NCBI GenBank assembly: GCA_963693365.1 | Contig: CAVNZM010000009.1 | Span: 328,963 to 392,962, forward strand | Source of the DNA: Amoebidium appalachense | Taxonomy: Eukaryota; Protista; Ichthyosporea | Direction of reading: 5' to 3' | DNA length: 64,000 nt | In this document: positions 11,401 to 32,995 of the stretch, in pieces | How the letters are laid out: each line of letters opens with the position of its first letter | Position numbering within the stretch: position 1 is the stretch's first letter | Translations under genes and position numbers: made by a program | Notes under the pieces: generated by a model | Databases searched by the model: none | What the model saw: only the letters and a program-made list of their open reading frames with translations | Told to the model about the DNA's origin: nothing

Positions 11401-12875
11401 TTCGTTCGGGAATCAAGATGGACTCTTGTAATTTCTCCGTTGTATATAGAGCGCAAAGAGAGTGTTGAACATATATTCTCATTTCGCAAAGCTTGAAGCA
11501 AGCAAGAAAATCACGTTTTTGATGACTGGCCAATTAATGTTTTGTTCAGTTTGGCCAATGGAATCACTGATTGGCGCGTACGTGATAATAAGCTAATCAG
11601 TGAGATCGGCTAATAATAGTTTGGGTAGCAAGGCCAGCCTGCCCAACCAAGACCCTTTTGCGATTAACAATTGTGATTTATTCTAATAGGCAATAAATAT
11701 TAAAAAAGCATAATTTATTTATGTTTATTTATACTTTACGCGGACACAGACATTTGCTTGGAATTTTGTTTGGAAAGGGTCCTGTGAATCTGGTCTTCGA
11801 AAAGCGTTGCAGCCTTGAGTCACGGTGTATTGACCAACTAGATTGTACCAATGCCGATAAGCGCTTGCCTAGAGTACCAGTGCCCGATCACGTTGACCCA
11901 ACCATTATTCACCAATCACCGATTGGTTTTGTTGGCTGGCGCATTTACGTGATGACTGGCCAATGAAATTACTTAGTGACTGATAGCAGCACCGACCCTG
12001 GAGCGTTTTGACTGAGCAAGGAATAAGGGAAATCCTAAAAGAGGGTTGTATGTTTTATGACATATAAGGTTCTATAAATAAACAACCATGCGCTTGGGAT
12101 TTTGGTTGGAAAGCGTTTTGTATTTGCCCAATTTGAATCCGATGCTTCGATTTCGGTCAATCAGAATACCCTGAGCATCAGCGCCGCGAATCACGTGGGG
12201 CAAGAACCAACCCCTATGCACCAATCAAACGCTTGCACGTAAAAAGGTCCGCGAATAAGATGTTGTGAAAGCGTATATCCTTCGATGTTTTAAACTAGCG
12301 CTCGTTTTGTCCTGTATATTATATTTTTATTTCGTATATTCACCTTTTTTATACAGTTTACCTGTGAACCAAACACGATTAGAGATATATTCGCTAACAG
12401 CGCCAAAAGGTTCTGTTTTTCTTATGCTTGATTCTCGTAACATAAGATCGTATTTTGCGCAATGGCTTCACATAAATTATTGATGACGGTTTTTTTATAT
12501 CAGTTCACAGCGCTGTCATTTTCTACTTTTCTGATTCTTTTGTTCATGGCTGTGTTTGCACACGACGGTGTTTGCCTAGAGAAACGTAACACTCTCTTTT
12601 TTTTTTTTTTTCTCTTGTTCACGACTGGGTTTGCACAGGACTGTGTTTGCGCAGAGAAACGTAACACTCTTTTTTTTTACTTTTTCCTTTGTTCACAACA
12701 GAGAATCGTATTCGTAGCACTTTCTTTTTTTTTTTCCTTTTTCCCTTGTTTTTTTTTTTTCCTTTTTCCCTTGTTCACGACTGGGTTTGCACACGACTGT
12801 GTTTGCGCAGAGAAACGTAAGACTTCCTTTCTTTTTTTCCCTTTGTTTATCCTTTTTTTTGTGAAAACTGTCACG

Positions 12876-14148
12876 ATGGATTATTCCCAGCAAGCTCCCG
12901 GGTCGGGGTCATACGAAACCAACATCAGCAAGTCCGCCGACCCCGTCACAACGCAAGCCCCCCCCCCATCCAACCCCCCCCACACTCCGGCGGCGAAGTC
13001 CCCTCCCCAACCAACCCCCCCCACACTCAGGCTCCGGCGGCGACATCCCCCCCCCCATCCAACCCCCCCCACACTCAGGCTCCGGCGGCGACGTCCCCCC
13101 CCCCCATCCAACCCCCCCCCACACTCCGGCGACACTGCTCCCGTCGATCCAAAAATGTTCGAAGAGTACTTGGAGACTGTGTTGCAGTCGAAAGTAGACA
13201 GTGCCATTGCCTCTGCATTGGCAAAGGTCGGTACTGCGGCCACTGCACCCGCTGTCACCACCCCAACCACCGAATTGCAGGAGAAGCTGGAAGCCGCAGA
13301 GAAAGAATTACAAACGAAGGATCACGACATCCAAATCCTTAAGGGGGAAATTGCCGAGCTAAAATCGGCGGCGGCCAAACAAAAACACCTTGCAGATGCA
13401 AAGGAACAGGTGTTATCGGCAAAGAATCGGGACCTCGAAGGGCAGCTTGTTGGAAAGGTGGCCGATATCCTGGAGCATCAGACTGAAGGGGAAAGATACC
13501 GGGCCGAGATTACCAAGCTTCAGTCACACATTGCGACCATGAGGGAATCATACCGTAGAACAATCGACGAGAGCACACAGAAACTTCGTGATTGGAATGA
13601 CCCCCAGCCCCTCCCCGACATTACCGTCCAACACGGTCTCGCCCCCCCCCCCCCCCCCCTGGTACGACCAATCAAAATCCCATCCCCACCCCCTCCCCCC
13701 GCCCGGTACCACTCAGCCCAAAACCCCCCTCAACCTCCCCCTGCCCATTCTCCCCCTCCCCCCACCTGTCATGCCCGTACCCCCCTTCAATCCGTCCCTC
13801 ACCACCGTTACCAGCACCCAATCCCACACTTTTGGTGCCTCCATGATGTCGAACCCCTCTGCATATTCCCAGGGTTCAAAGAGAGGGGTGTCAGATATTT
13901 CTTTTGGTGTGTACAAACGGCACCGCCAGGAAGAGACGTCATTTGAGACGGCATTAGATGAGGAATTGGAGGACATGATGGCTTTGGGCGAGAAGGTCGA
14001 GGGGAAGAAAGGGAAAGAAAGTGGTCGAGCAAAGAAACCAAAACAGAGTCAGAAACCAGCCCCTGCCCGCAGTGGCAGGACACGAGCAAAGCAAGTTTCA
14101 GATATACAGGTTATTCACGGGGACAGTGATGAAGACGATGAAGATTAG
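12876..14148 (+). CDS. Intronless Pro-rich/coiled-coil hypothetical protein with basic-acidic C-terminus; frameshift(s) in C-runs
   Basis: ATG at 12876 (MDYSQQ), heptad-rich segment (ELQEKLEAAEKELQ...), continuing in a second frame after the poly-C near 13642-13659 to ...GDSDEDDED*. Confidence 0.6.
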
Positions 14149-14275
14149 GTTGGGAGTGGTGAGGGGTGTGTTTTGATTTTGTTGTATGTGTCAGGGGCTG
14201 GGTATGGCCACAGGGGCTGGCTGATGTATTTTAATATATGACTGTTGATACTGGTAGCACCTTACGGTTTCTGTA

Positions 14276-14390
14276 CCCCCCCCCTCCCCCCCCCACACAC
14301 ACACACACTCCCTCCCCATGCATGCATGCCCGTGTGGCACACAGTTTGTGTGCTTTCATAAGTCTATCGATGCATGCACGTTCAAAGTCT

Positions 14391-14421
<31 letters not shown>

Positions 14422-14505
14422 CCACACTCCCTCCCCGTGCATGCATGCCCGTGTGGCACACAGTTTGTGTGCTTTCACAAGTCTATTGCATGCACGTTCA
14501 AAGTC

Positions 14506-14536
<31 letters not shown>

Positions 14537-14751
14537 ACACACACACACTCCCTCCCCATGCATGCATGCCCGTGTGGCACACAGTTTGTGTGCTTTCATA
14601 AGTCTATCGATGCATGCACGTTCAAAGTCTCCCCCCCCCCCCCCCCCTCCCCCCCCCCACACACACACACTCCCTCCCCATGCATGCATGCCCGTGTGGC
14701 ACACAGTTTGTGTGCTTTCATAAGTCTATCGATGCATGCACGTTCAAAGTC

Positions 14752-14785
<34 letters not shown>

Positions 14786-15430
14786 ACCCCACACTCCCTC
14801 CCCGTGCATGCATGCCCGTGTGGCACACAGTTTGTGTGCTTTCATAAGTCTATCGATGCATGCATGCCCGTGTGGCACACAGTTTGTGTGCTTTCATAAG
14901 TCTATTGCATGCACGTTCAAAGTCTCCCCCCCCCCCACCCCCCACCCCCCCCCCCCCCCCACCCCACACTCCCTCCCCATGCATGCATGCCCGTGTGGCA
15001 CACAGTTTGTGTGCTTTCATAAGTCTATCGATGCATGCATGCCCGTGTGGCACACAGTTTGTGTGCTTTCATAAGTCTATTGCATGCACGTTCAAAGTCT
15101 CCCCCCCCCCCCCCCCCCCCACCCCCCCCCCCCCTCCCCCCCCCCCCCCCCCCCCCCCCCCCACCCCACACTCCCTCCCCATGCATGCATGCCCGTGTGG
15201 CACACAGTTTGTGTGCTTTCATAAGTCTATCGATGCATGCATGCCCGTGTGGCACACAGTTTGTGTGCTTTCATAAGTCTATTGCATGCACGTTCAAAGT
15301 CTCCCCCCCCCCCCCCCCCCCCCCCCTCCCCCCACCCCACCCCACACTCCCTCCCCATGCATGCATGCCCGTGTGGCACACAGTTTGTGTGCTTTCATAA
15401 GTCTATCGATGTATATTGCATGCACGTTTA
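14276..15430. repeat. Minisatellite with variable-length poly-C spacers
   Basis: catgcatgcccgtgtggcacacagtttgtgtgctttcataagtctat recurs more than ten times. Confidence 0.9.
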
Positions 15431-15436
15431 AAGTAT

Positions 15437-15700
15437 TTATTTCCCCTCTTTTTGCACACACAGCTTTGCACACACAGCAACTGTCTTTTTATTGTATCCA
15501 CTTTGGGTATGAAGCGCTGGCGCTGGGTTTGTCGTATACTCCACTTCGGGGCTTTTGTATGCAGCGCTTATTTCCCCTCTTTTTGCACACACAGCTTTGC
15601 ACACACAGCAACTGTCTTTTTATTGTATCCACTTTGGGTATGAAGCGCTGGCGCTGGGTTTGTCGTATACTCCACTTCGGGTCTTTTTGTATGCAGCGCT
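15437..15700. repeat. ~131-bp direct duplication
   Basis: ttatttcccctctttttgcacacacagc... at 15437 and 15568. Confidence 0.85.
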
Positions 15701-15723
15701 GGCGCGGTGACACGTCAATCGGA

Positions 15724-16044
15724 TTAAAAGTCCGAGTGACTTGTTTGTCTCAGAGCGGTGTCGTACTCCGCAGCACCCGTCTTCTTATTGAAATAGTATA
15801 TGACTGCATACATCAATGGTGTAACCAATAAACATGTGAGGACAATAGCAGCGCTGACGTACACCAGATACATTTTGTTCACTTTCTCTCTAGCATTCGG
15901 TTCGGACTTCATTAAATTGTACCAGTGTATATTTGCAACGACACTGCATATAGATATCACATAAAGAATGCCTGTGGTGACCGTGCTGTCGAACATGTAC
16001 GTGTACCTCACAAAACTTTCAGTATCCGACGTGTTACACCCCAA
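15724..16044 (-). pseudogene. Possible two-TM membrane protein fragment
   Basis: Two hydrophobic stretches (GILYVISICSVVA; YLVYVSAAIVLTCLLVTPLMYAVIYY); no clear in-frame upstream ATG. Confidence 0.3.
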
Positions 16045-16300
16045 AAGTGACCTCTCTGAGATCTTGCCTGTGGTACAAACTCTTGATGCCGTGTTGCTCT
16101 TGTGTTTTACCAGTACCCCTCTCTCCAGATGCCGAATTTAGATTGGAATTCGTGAATACACCCATGTGATTGGTCAGTGGTTTGGCACCAAGAGATTGAT
16201 TGATATGCCATCAACCAGTCAACAAAAAGTACTCGCTTTTACTTTTTGTCTCGCTTCACCCCAATCCAAGAACAGTGCACACCAAAACAAAACACTAGAA

Positions 16301-16782
16301 ATGGGAGACGCACTTTTGCGCCCCGATTCGGTTGACCCCGAACGATGCCCTGCATTTGCACCCTCAAAAAAAGCCCAGTGCAAAAACAAAAAGAAAACAT
16401 GCCCACACCACAAGGACGGCTTCAAGCCCTGGGTATGCTTTGCCCCTGCCACCGGTGTCCTCCTCTACAGCGACAACACCATCAACATCCTCCACCCCCA
16501 CAAGGCCGGGGACTATGCTCATGCAAACCTCCTGCTGGACGACCTCCTGGCCGCCTTTACAGTCGCAGAAATGCAGCGCCCTCGCACCGAGCGCACCGGG
16601 GTACCCGCGCTGACTGTGTCCACTCCGGATCCACCCATGGGTGCACCACAGCCACCGGTTGCAGCTGCAGCGGTGGGTGTGGGCAGGGAAAATGGGTACT
16701 GCCAGGGCAAAACCAAGGCTGGCAATCCCTGCAAAAACAGGTGAAATCTACGACCCATTGCCATAAGCACAAGCCCAAATAA
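16301..16782 (+). CDS. Small protein with two C-x-C-x-C-H zinc motifs (CxGxTKxGxxCKN type); second motif frameshifted
   Basis: CPAFAPSKKAQCKNKKKTCPHH and CQGKTKAGNPCKN, which continues as VKSTTHCHKH in another frame after 16740. Confidence 0.6.
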
Positions 16783-17102
16783 AAAAACCACCCACACACC
16801 CACACGTGCCAACATACACTATCCTCCCCGTGAGTGGCATGCCAGTCTCCCCCAGCCCCCCTGCTCCCCAGTCCCCCCTGCCCCCCTGCCCCCCTGCCCC
16901 CCTGCTCCCCTGCCACATGCACACCCACACACTGGGTGCCCCCCCTGCTCCCCTGCCTCCCGGAACCAGGCCCCAGTGAGTGCTCACGTGCCCCCCCCCT
17001 GCCTCCCCTGCCTCCCCTGCTCCCCTGCCTCCCGGAACCAGGCCCCCCACTGGCAGTGGTGGCATTCCAACACGTGCATGCTAGAAGATGGTTTTATTGG
17101 CA

Positions 17103-17594
17103 TTAGAACCTAGGCATGACCAGTGCCGTGAAGCCTTCTCTGTTGAGTTCCAATTGGCCGTCGCTGTTGATCTGTGTGAGCCAGATGACTTCCATCCCAC
17201 ACTGGGCACTCACGTGGATGCCATGCAGAATGAAGCCATCCACAATGCTCTTAATCTTTGCTGCTTTTGGAAACTCGTTACCATAAAAGTGCACACGTGT
17301 CTGGTGCATGGGATAGCTCAGACGGTAGAACACTATCTGGCCCATTGCTGTCTTGTATAGGTTCCATGACTTAACTTCAATCAGCTCGGTAGCTGTAAGT
17401 ATATCAATTCGCCCGTGTATTGTATTAACTTCAACAGTACCATCAAGCTTATCAGCAAGCATGTCACGCACCACTTTCTCTACACTTCCATTGCGCCGTG
17501 CTACATGAACAAATGGTCTTAACTCAGCCATACATGGGGGATAGATAGTATCACACAACCATGGTTCCCCCACTCTCCCCAGCCTCCTGTGCAC
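17103..17594 (-). CDS. PD-(D/E)xK-superfamily nuclease of the type common in nucleocytoviruses
   Basis: EV...GRIDILT..ELIEVK...AMGQ...Y...YP pattern (E, D, ExK, QxxxY). First ATG at 17531. Confidence 0.75.
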   Translation of the reverse strand: MHRRLGRVGEPWLCDTIYPPCMAELRPFVHVARRNGSVEKVVRDMLADKLDGTVEVNTIHGRIDILTATELIEVKSWNLYKTAMGQIVFYRLSYPMHQTRVHFYGNEFPKAAKIKSIVDGFILHGIHVSAQCGMEVIWLTQINSDGQLELNREGFTALVMPRF

Positions 17595-17910
17595 GTGTGC
17601 CTCCCCCGACCCCCTGCCTCCCCTGCACGTGTGCCCCCCCTCCTGCCGGAACCACGGCCCCCAGTGGTGGCAGCCAGTGCCTTACATGCTAATCTATTCT
17701 ATGGCCACATGGCCAGATGGCCAGATTGTTTTGACTTCAGGTGGATCCCCCCCCCTGCTCACAGACTGAATTTGATCTGGCCATCTGGCCATCTGGGTAT
17801 AAACCGTTTTCTGTTCTAATATTGGAGAACTGTCGATAGTGATAGAAAATGTCATTGGAAGAACAATCGGGAAATCCCGCGGTGTGACAACCAATCAGAA
17901 TGAAGCAATA

Positions 17911-18310
17911 TTGGGATATTCGGGTTGGTTGTAAGGTTTTCCGGGTCGGGCCGAAAGCCCTAACGGGCCGCAGGCCCGCCTATTGGGCCGCCAGGCCCTA
18001 GGCCGCCAGGCCCTAGGCCGCCAGGCCTGGGGCCCCGGGGACCGGGGCGCCCGACCCGGCCCGCGAGCCATCCCCGGCCCGGCCCGGCCCGCGGGGCCCG
18101 GCGCCGGGGTTAGCAGCAGCTGCTAACCCCGGCGCCGGGCCCCGCGGGCCGGGCCGGGCCGGGGGTGGCTCGCGGGCCGGGTCGGGCGCCCCGGTCCCCG
18201 GGGCCCCAGGCCTGGCGGCCTAGGGCCTGGCGGCCCAATAGGCGGGCCTGCGGCCTGTTGGGGCCTTCGGCCCGACCCGGAAAACCTTACAACCAACCCG
18301 AATATCCCAA
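17911..18310. repeat. 400-bp GC-rich near-perfect palindrome (hairpin/foldback)
   Basis: Left arm 17911-18116 (ttgggatattcggg...ggggttagcag), 3-nt loop cag, right arm 18120-18310 (ctgctaacccc...cccgaatatcccaa). Confidence 0.97.
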
Positions 18311-19131
18311 CAGCATGGGGGGGATTACGAAAAAATCGTCGTAGTTACGATTAACGAAAGACCCCGATACGAATAAGGTTAGGGTGCCGTCGTAACAGCT
18401 TTCGTATCAGATGTATAGCATTATAAACGCTGTATGACCCCCTAATATGTAACTGTAACTAATTTTTTCAATATTTCTGTTCAAGAACATATCTACAGCG
18501 CTTCTCATGCACCTCGACAAGTGTCCAGGGCTTGTAATTTTGCGATACTTAATCTGTAAAAACGCGTATTTTAAGTTTTGTGACTGGAGGGGCGTTTTTT
18601 AGCTGGGCTTGCAGATCCCCAAGAACCCCCCCGTTACGATTAAGAAACTGTCCGTTACGATTGGCCAAAGGACAATACGGTTAAGCTGGCCAACCCCAGC
18701 CCAACCCTGGCGCCCAGCCGGAGCCCAGGGGTTGTGGGGTTTTGGCTGCGCTACCCGTTTTAACCTAAACGCAGTCGTATTGTCAGAAATTCCAAATCGT
18801 ATTGGCGGGGTTTTCTGCTTTATGACTCGTATAAACCCCCTATATTATTAATTTTAAATGCTTTTTAAAGTTAAATGCATATTCCCTTAGCAATTACACA
18901 CCCCGATAGACAAAACAGGGCTTCACATTCCGCTCTGGAGTGCCAAAACAACCACCTAGCCACCTTTTACCTGGGAAAACGCACAGTTTTGTATGAAAAC
19001 ACACCAAAATACACTCCTGTGGCCTATTTCATTGCTACGAAAAACCATTACAGCACCTCACAGCGTTACTCGTATTGACCCCCTGGGCTTAATCGTAAGT
19101 ACGACGATTTTCGCTCGTAATTCAACCCCTG
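18311..19131. mobile_element. Non-autonomous TIR element (MITE-like, CAG...CTG ends)
   Basis: attacgaaaaaatcgtcgtagttacgattaa (18324-18354) is the imperfect reverse complement of ttaatcgtaagtacgacgattttcgctcgtaat (19089-19121). Interior is AT-rich with repeated gttacgatt. No TSD found. Confidence 0.55.
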
Positions 19132-19795
19132 CCGGAGCCGGTGGGCGGCGCGGGCTGCGGGCACAGTGGCCCCCCCCCCCCCCCCCCCCCCCCGCCCGCC
19201 CCCCCGCCCCCTTGCCCCCCTGCCTTCCCGCCCGCCCGCCCGCCCGCCCGCCTCCCCGCCCGCCTCCCCGCCGGCCGCCCCCCTGCCAGCCCCCCCGCCC
19301 GCCCCCACGCCCGACGCGCTACACAGTACCCCGTGCGCCGTCGAACAAAGTGACTCCTGGCCAGAATCACATGTACATCATGTTTCTCAAATGAGGGACA
19401 GTAATTGTTGTAACAGGTTCATATATCTGAGATATTTGGGCACATGGTACATGTGTATCCAGCAAGGTGTCTGTCTGTACATGTGCACGACATGTCATGG
19501 AATCGTTGGCTAATATTAGTAGATCGTCGGGCGGCCATGTCACACAGCGTCATTGACAGTCTGTGCACACGTGTTTATTATACACACTACACACGGATCT
19601 ACATATGTACAATTAGGTCTGTGCGCCTGCGCTGCGCGGGCGCCAACTGAAGCTGCAGTCTGGTCAGTCACGCGTAGGTCTGGGAAAAGAAGGTGCAAAC
19701 TGGGGTCTGACAGCTTGTGTCTGAAATCTAGACTCGGGTGCGCCCGCTGTGCGGGGACCCCCCCCCTCCCGGCCCTCCTTCCCGCCCCCCCTCCC

Positions 19796-19831
<36 letters not shown>

Positions 19832-20109
19832 CACACACACACACACACAAAAGCAAAAAAAAAAAAGGTCAAGAACACAACATATGGGGGACTGTATGTC
19901 TTGATGTTTTGTGCAAAGGTTTATGGCATGTGCACATGGGATGTTGATAATTTTTGGCCGGAGGGTGCCACGGTGCCCGTACCTTACATGTGCATGCAAC
20001 GATCCCAAGTGGGCATTATACAATAAATCATCTGCATTCACGACCAACACACTGAAGGGGGTTACACACAGCAGTAACAAAACAATACGTTCGAGAGTGC
20101 TCTGTCCAC

Positions 20110-20420
20110 AGTATATCCAAATGTGCATGCTTGGTCCGCATATGCCCAGTATATCCAAATATGCATGCTCGGTCCGCATATGCATAGTATATCCAAATAT
20201 GCATGCTCGGTCCACATATGCCTAGTATATCCAAATATGCATGCTGGGTCCGCATATGCCTAGTTTATTCCAATATGCATGCTCGGTCCGCATATACCCA
20301 GTATATCCAAATATGCATGCTCGGTCCGCATATATATGCCTACATAGTATATCCAAATATGCATGCTCGGTCCGCATATGCCTACATATTATATCCAAAT
20401 ATGCATGCCCTGTCCGCATG
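20110..20420. repeat. ~38-40-bp tandem repeat, ~8 copies
   Basis: Unit agtatatccaaatatgcatgctcggtccgcatatgcct. Confidence 0.9.
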
Positions 20421-20880
20421 TGGCTTTAGTATATTCTATCTAAACCGAAGGGATATATAATGGCTTGTACTCGCATTTCTCTAGCAATTGAAATGATTTT
20501 TATCAACCCAAGGGATATATTCCGTGTGCTTTTGCACATCTCTAGCCATACACAGGTATCACCTCACCATCGGGACTTTCATGCCCTGGTGTATTATATA
20601 TCCCTTTGGCATACCCAATCGCAATTACCGCAAAGTTGTTATAGAAATGACTTGCACGAAGAAAAGTTGAAGGCCGAAACCCAAGTCCAAAAGTGACCGA
20701 CATAGAACTCAGACATAGCTGCCACCCATGGTCTTGCTTTATAACACTGTGCACGTGGGCACAGGTTGCAGCTGCGATAGTGTATCAGTTTGAACTTATG
20801 TAATTGTGAGTTAACTCGAGTATGGAGTTTCAAATAGCGTTGAACGGGTGTGCATGAAGTGTACGCCCGCACAGTATGTG

Positions 20881-20958
<78 letters not shown>

Positions 20959-21184
20959 GAATGTATGTGCGCGCATGCGTGTACGTGTATGTGTATGTGG
21001 GGAAGGGGTGCAGTGTGGGGGGAGGGGGGGGGGGGGGGGAGGGGAGGGGAAAGAAGGAGGGGGTAGATGGCGATCATCCAGACCGTGACTGGGCGCATGT
21101 GTGTGTGCATGAGTCCTCTCTCCCTGTGTGTGTGGGGAAACCTTTAAAGGCACAGTTTTTTTTTTTTTTTTTTTTTTTTTTTGT

Positions 21185-21218
<34 letters not shown>

Positions 21219-21785
21219 GTATAGTAGATGGCGAACACAGACCGTGACTGGGCTGAGTGCCGCCAGGAAACAATATCGACTAATAAGCGGGGCAGCACCT
21301 GGCTGGGCCCCTCATTTATTGCTAGTGGGATAATTTGGGATATACAATATTCAGGCTAGATATGCCTGTGTAAGCAGACTGTCAATCATGTCAAAGTAGA
21401 GATAGTATGGCCATGCGTGCATCCATGTTTCCTTTTTTGTATATCTGAACCAACCCTTGGGCCAGAGACACCATCTTTTCTTTAACAAACTGGCTTACAA
21501 TTGCTCTCGCAATGGATAGAACTCATTTCGCACACTCAAAATCCTGACCCGTGCAGTGCTCTTATTTAAAAAAAAAAAATTCGGATAAAAAAAAACCAAA
21601 AAAACCAAAAAAACCAAAAACCCAAAAAAAACAAAGCTAAAATACTTTTCTACATGCTCACATGCTCATATCAAGTATGGTGCAGTACCGGGCAAAAAAA
21701 AAAAAAAAAATCCGCCCACGAGATATTCTTTATTGCGCGCTATATCGCTCAATAATTATGATGCTATTTAGGGCGTGTGGTCTAT

Positions 21786-32462
<10,677 letters not shown>

Positions 32463-32889
32463 GGTCCTGTTTGTGCGCTACAAAGGCCTGTGTGGAGGAA
32501 AAATAGTGTAACGTGTAAGTACTAGTTACCAAGGCAGGTGGAAACGGTTTAGATCAGAGCGGTAGCTTATGAGATTTTCGGTAATGCCCCCATTTAAGGG
32601 GAAATTTCGCAAGTCTAGAACTGTTATTGTGCGTTACCAAATAAGAGCGGAAAGAAGTTGTACGGATCAACCTATACTTCTGAAAAAAAAAGTTGCACCA
32701 CACCAACACGTGTTGCAGTATACCAAGCGAAAAAAAAAAAAGCGAAAACAAACCAAAAAACCCCACAAACTCGAACCTACCTACTAATAATAAAGAGTTC
32801 TTTCGCCTTATGCGAGCGAAAAAGTCCACCTCGGTTACTTTTTTCCCTTCCTTCTTTTCACTTTGGTCTGCCCTCTCTGTGTGTTTTGC

Positions 32890-32995
32890 AGCCTCTTTGC
32901 GCGCTGGTCAAAACAAAACAAGGCATGTTTGGGCAACAAGAATAAGGCGACATGATTGGCTGAATCTCTGCTGGCGCGAAGTCCGACGATTGGCT
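32890..32995 (-). promoter_or_regulatory. Candidate E2F and CCAAT elements upstream of MCM7
   Basis: tttgcgcgc (32896), tggcgcgaa (32972) and gattggct (32954, 32988). Confidence 0.4.

Noticed and set aside
12462-12875. Phe-rich N-terminal extension of the 494-aa ORF
   Set aside because: It derives from T-runs and a thrice-repeated ~50-bp motif; the ATG at 12876 is the more plausible start.
14276-15430. CRISPR-like repeat-spacer appearance (also 4650-5306 and 11132-11400)
   Set aside because: The spacers are poly-C or identical rather than unique; no cas genes; eukaryotic context.
19553-20026. Possible spliced gene remnant right of the island
   Set aside because: The ORF spans poly-C/CA/poly-A tracts and shows no recognisable similarity.
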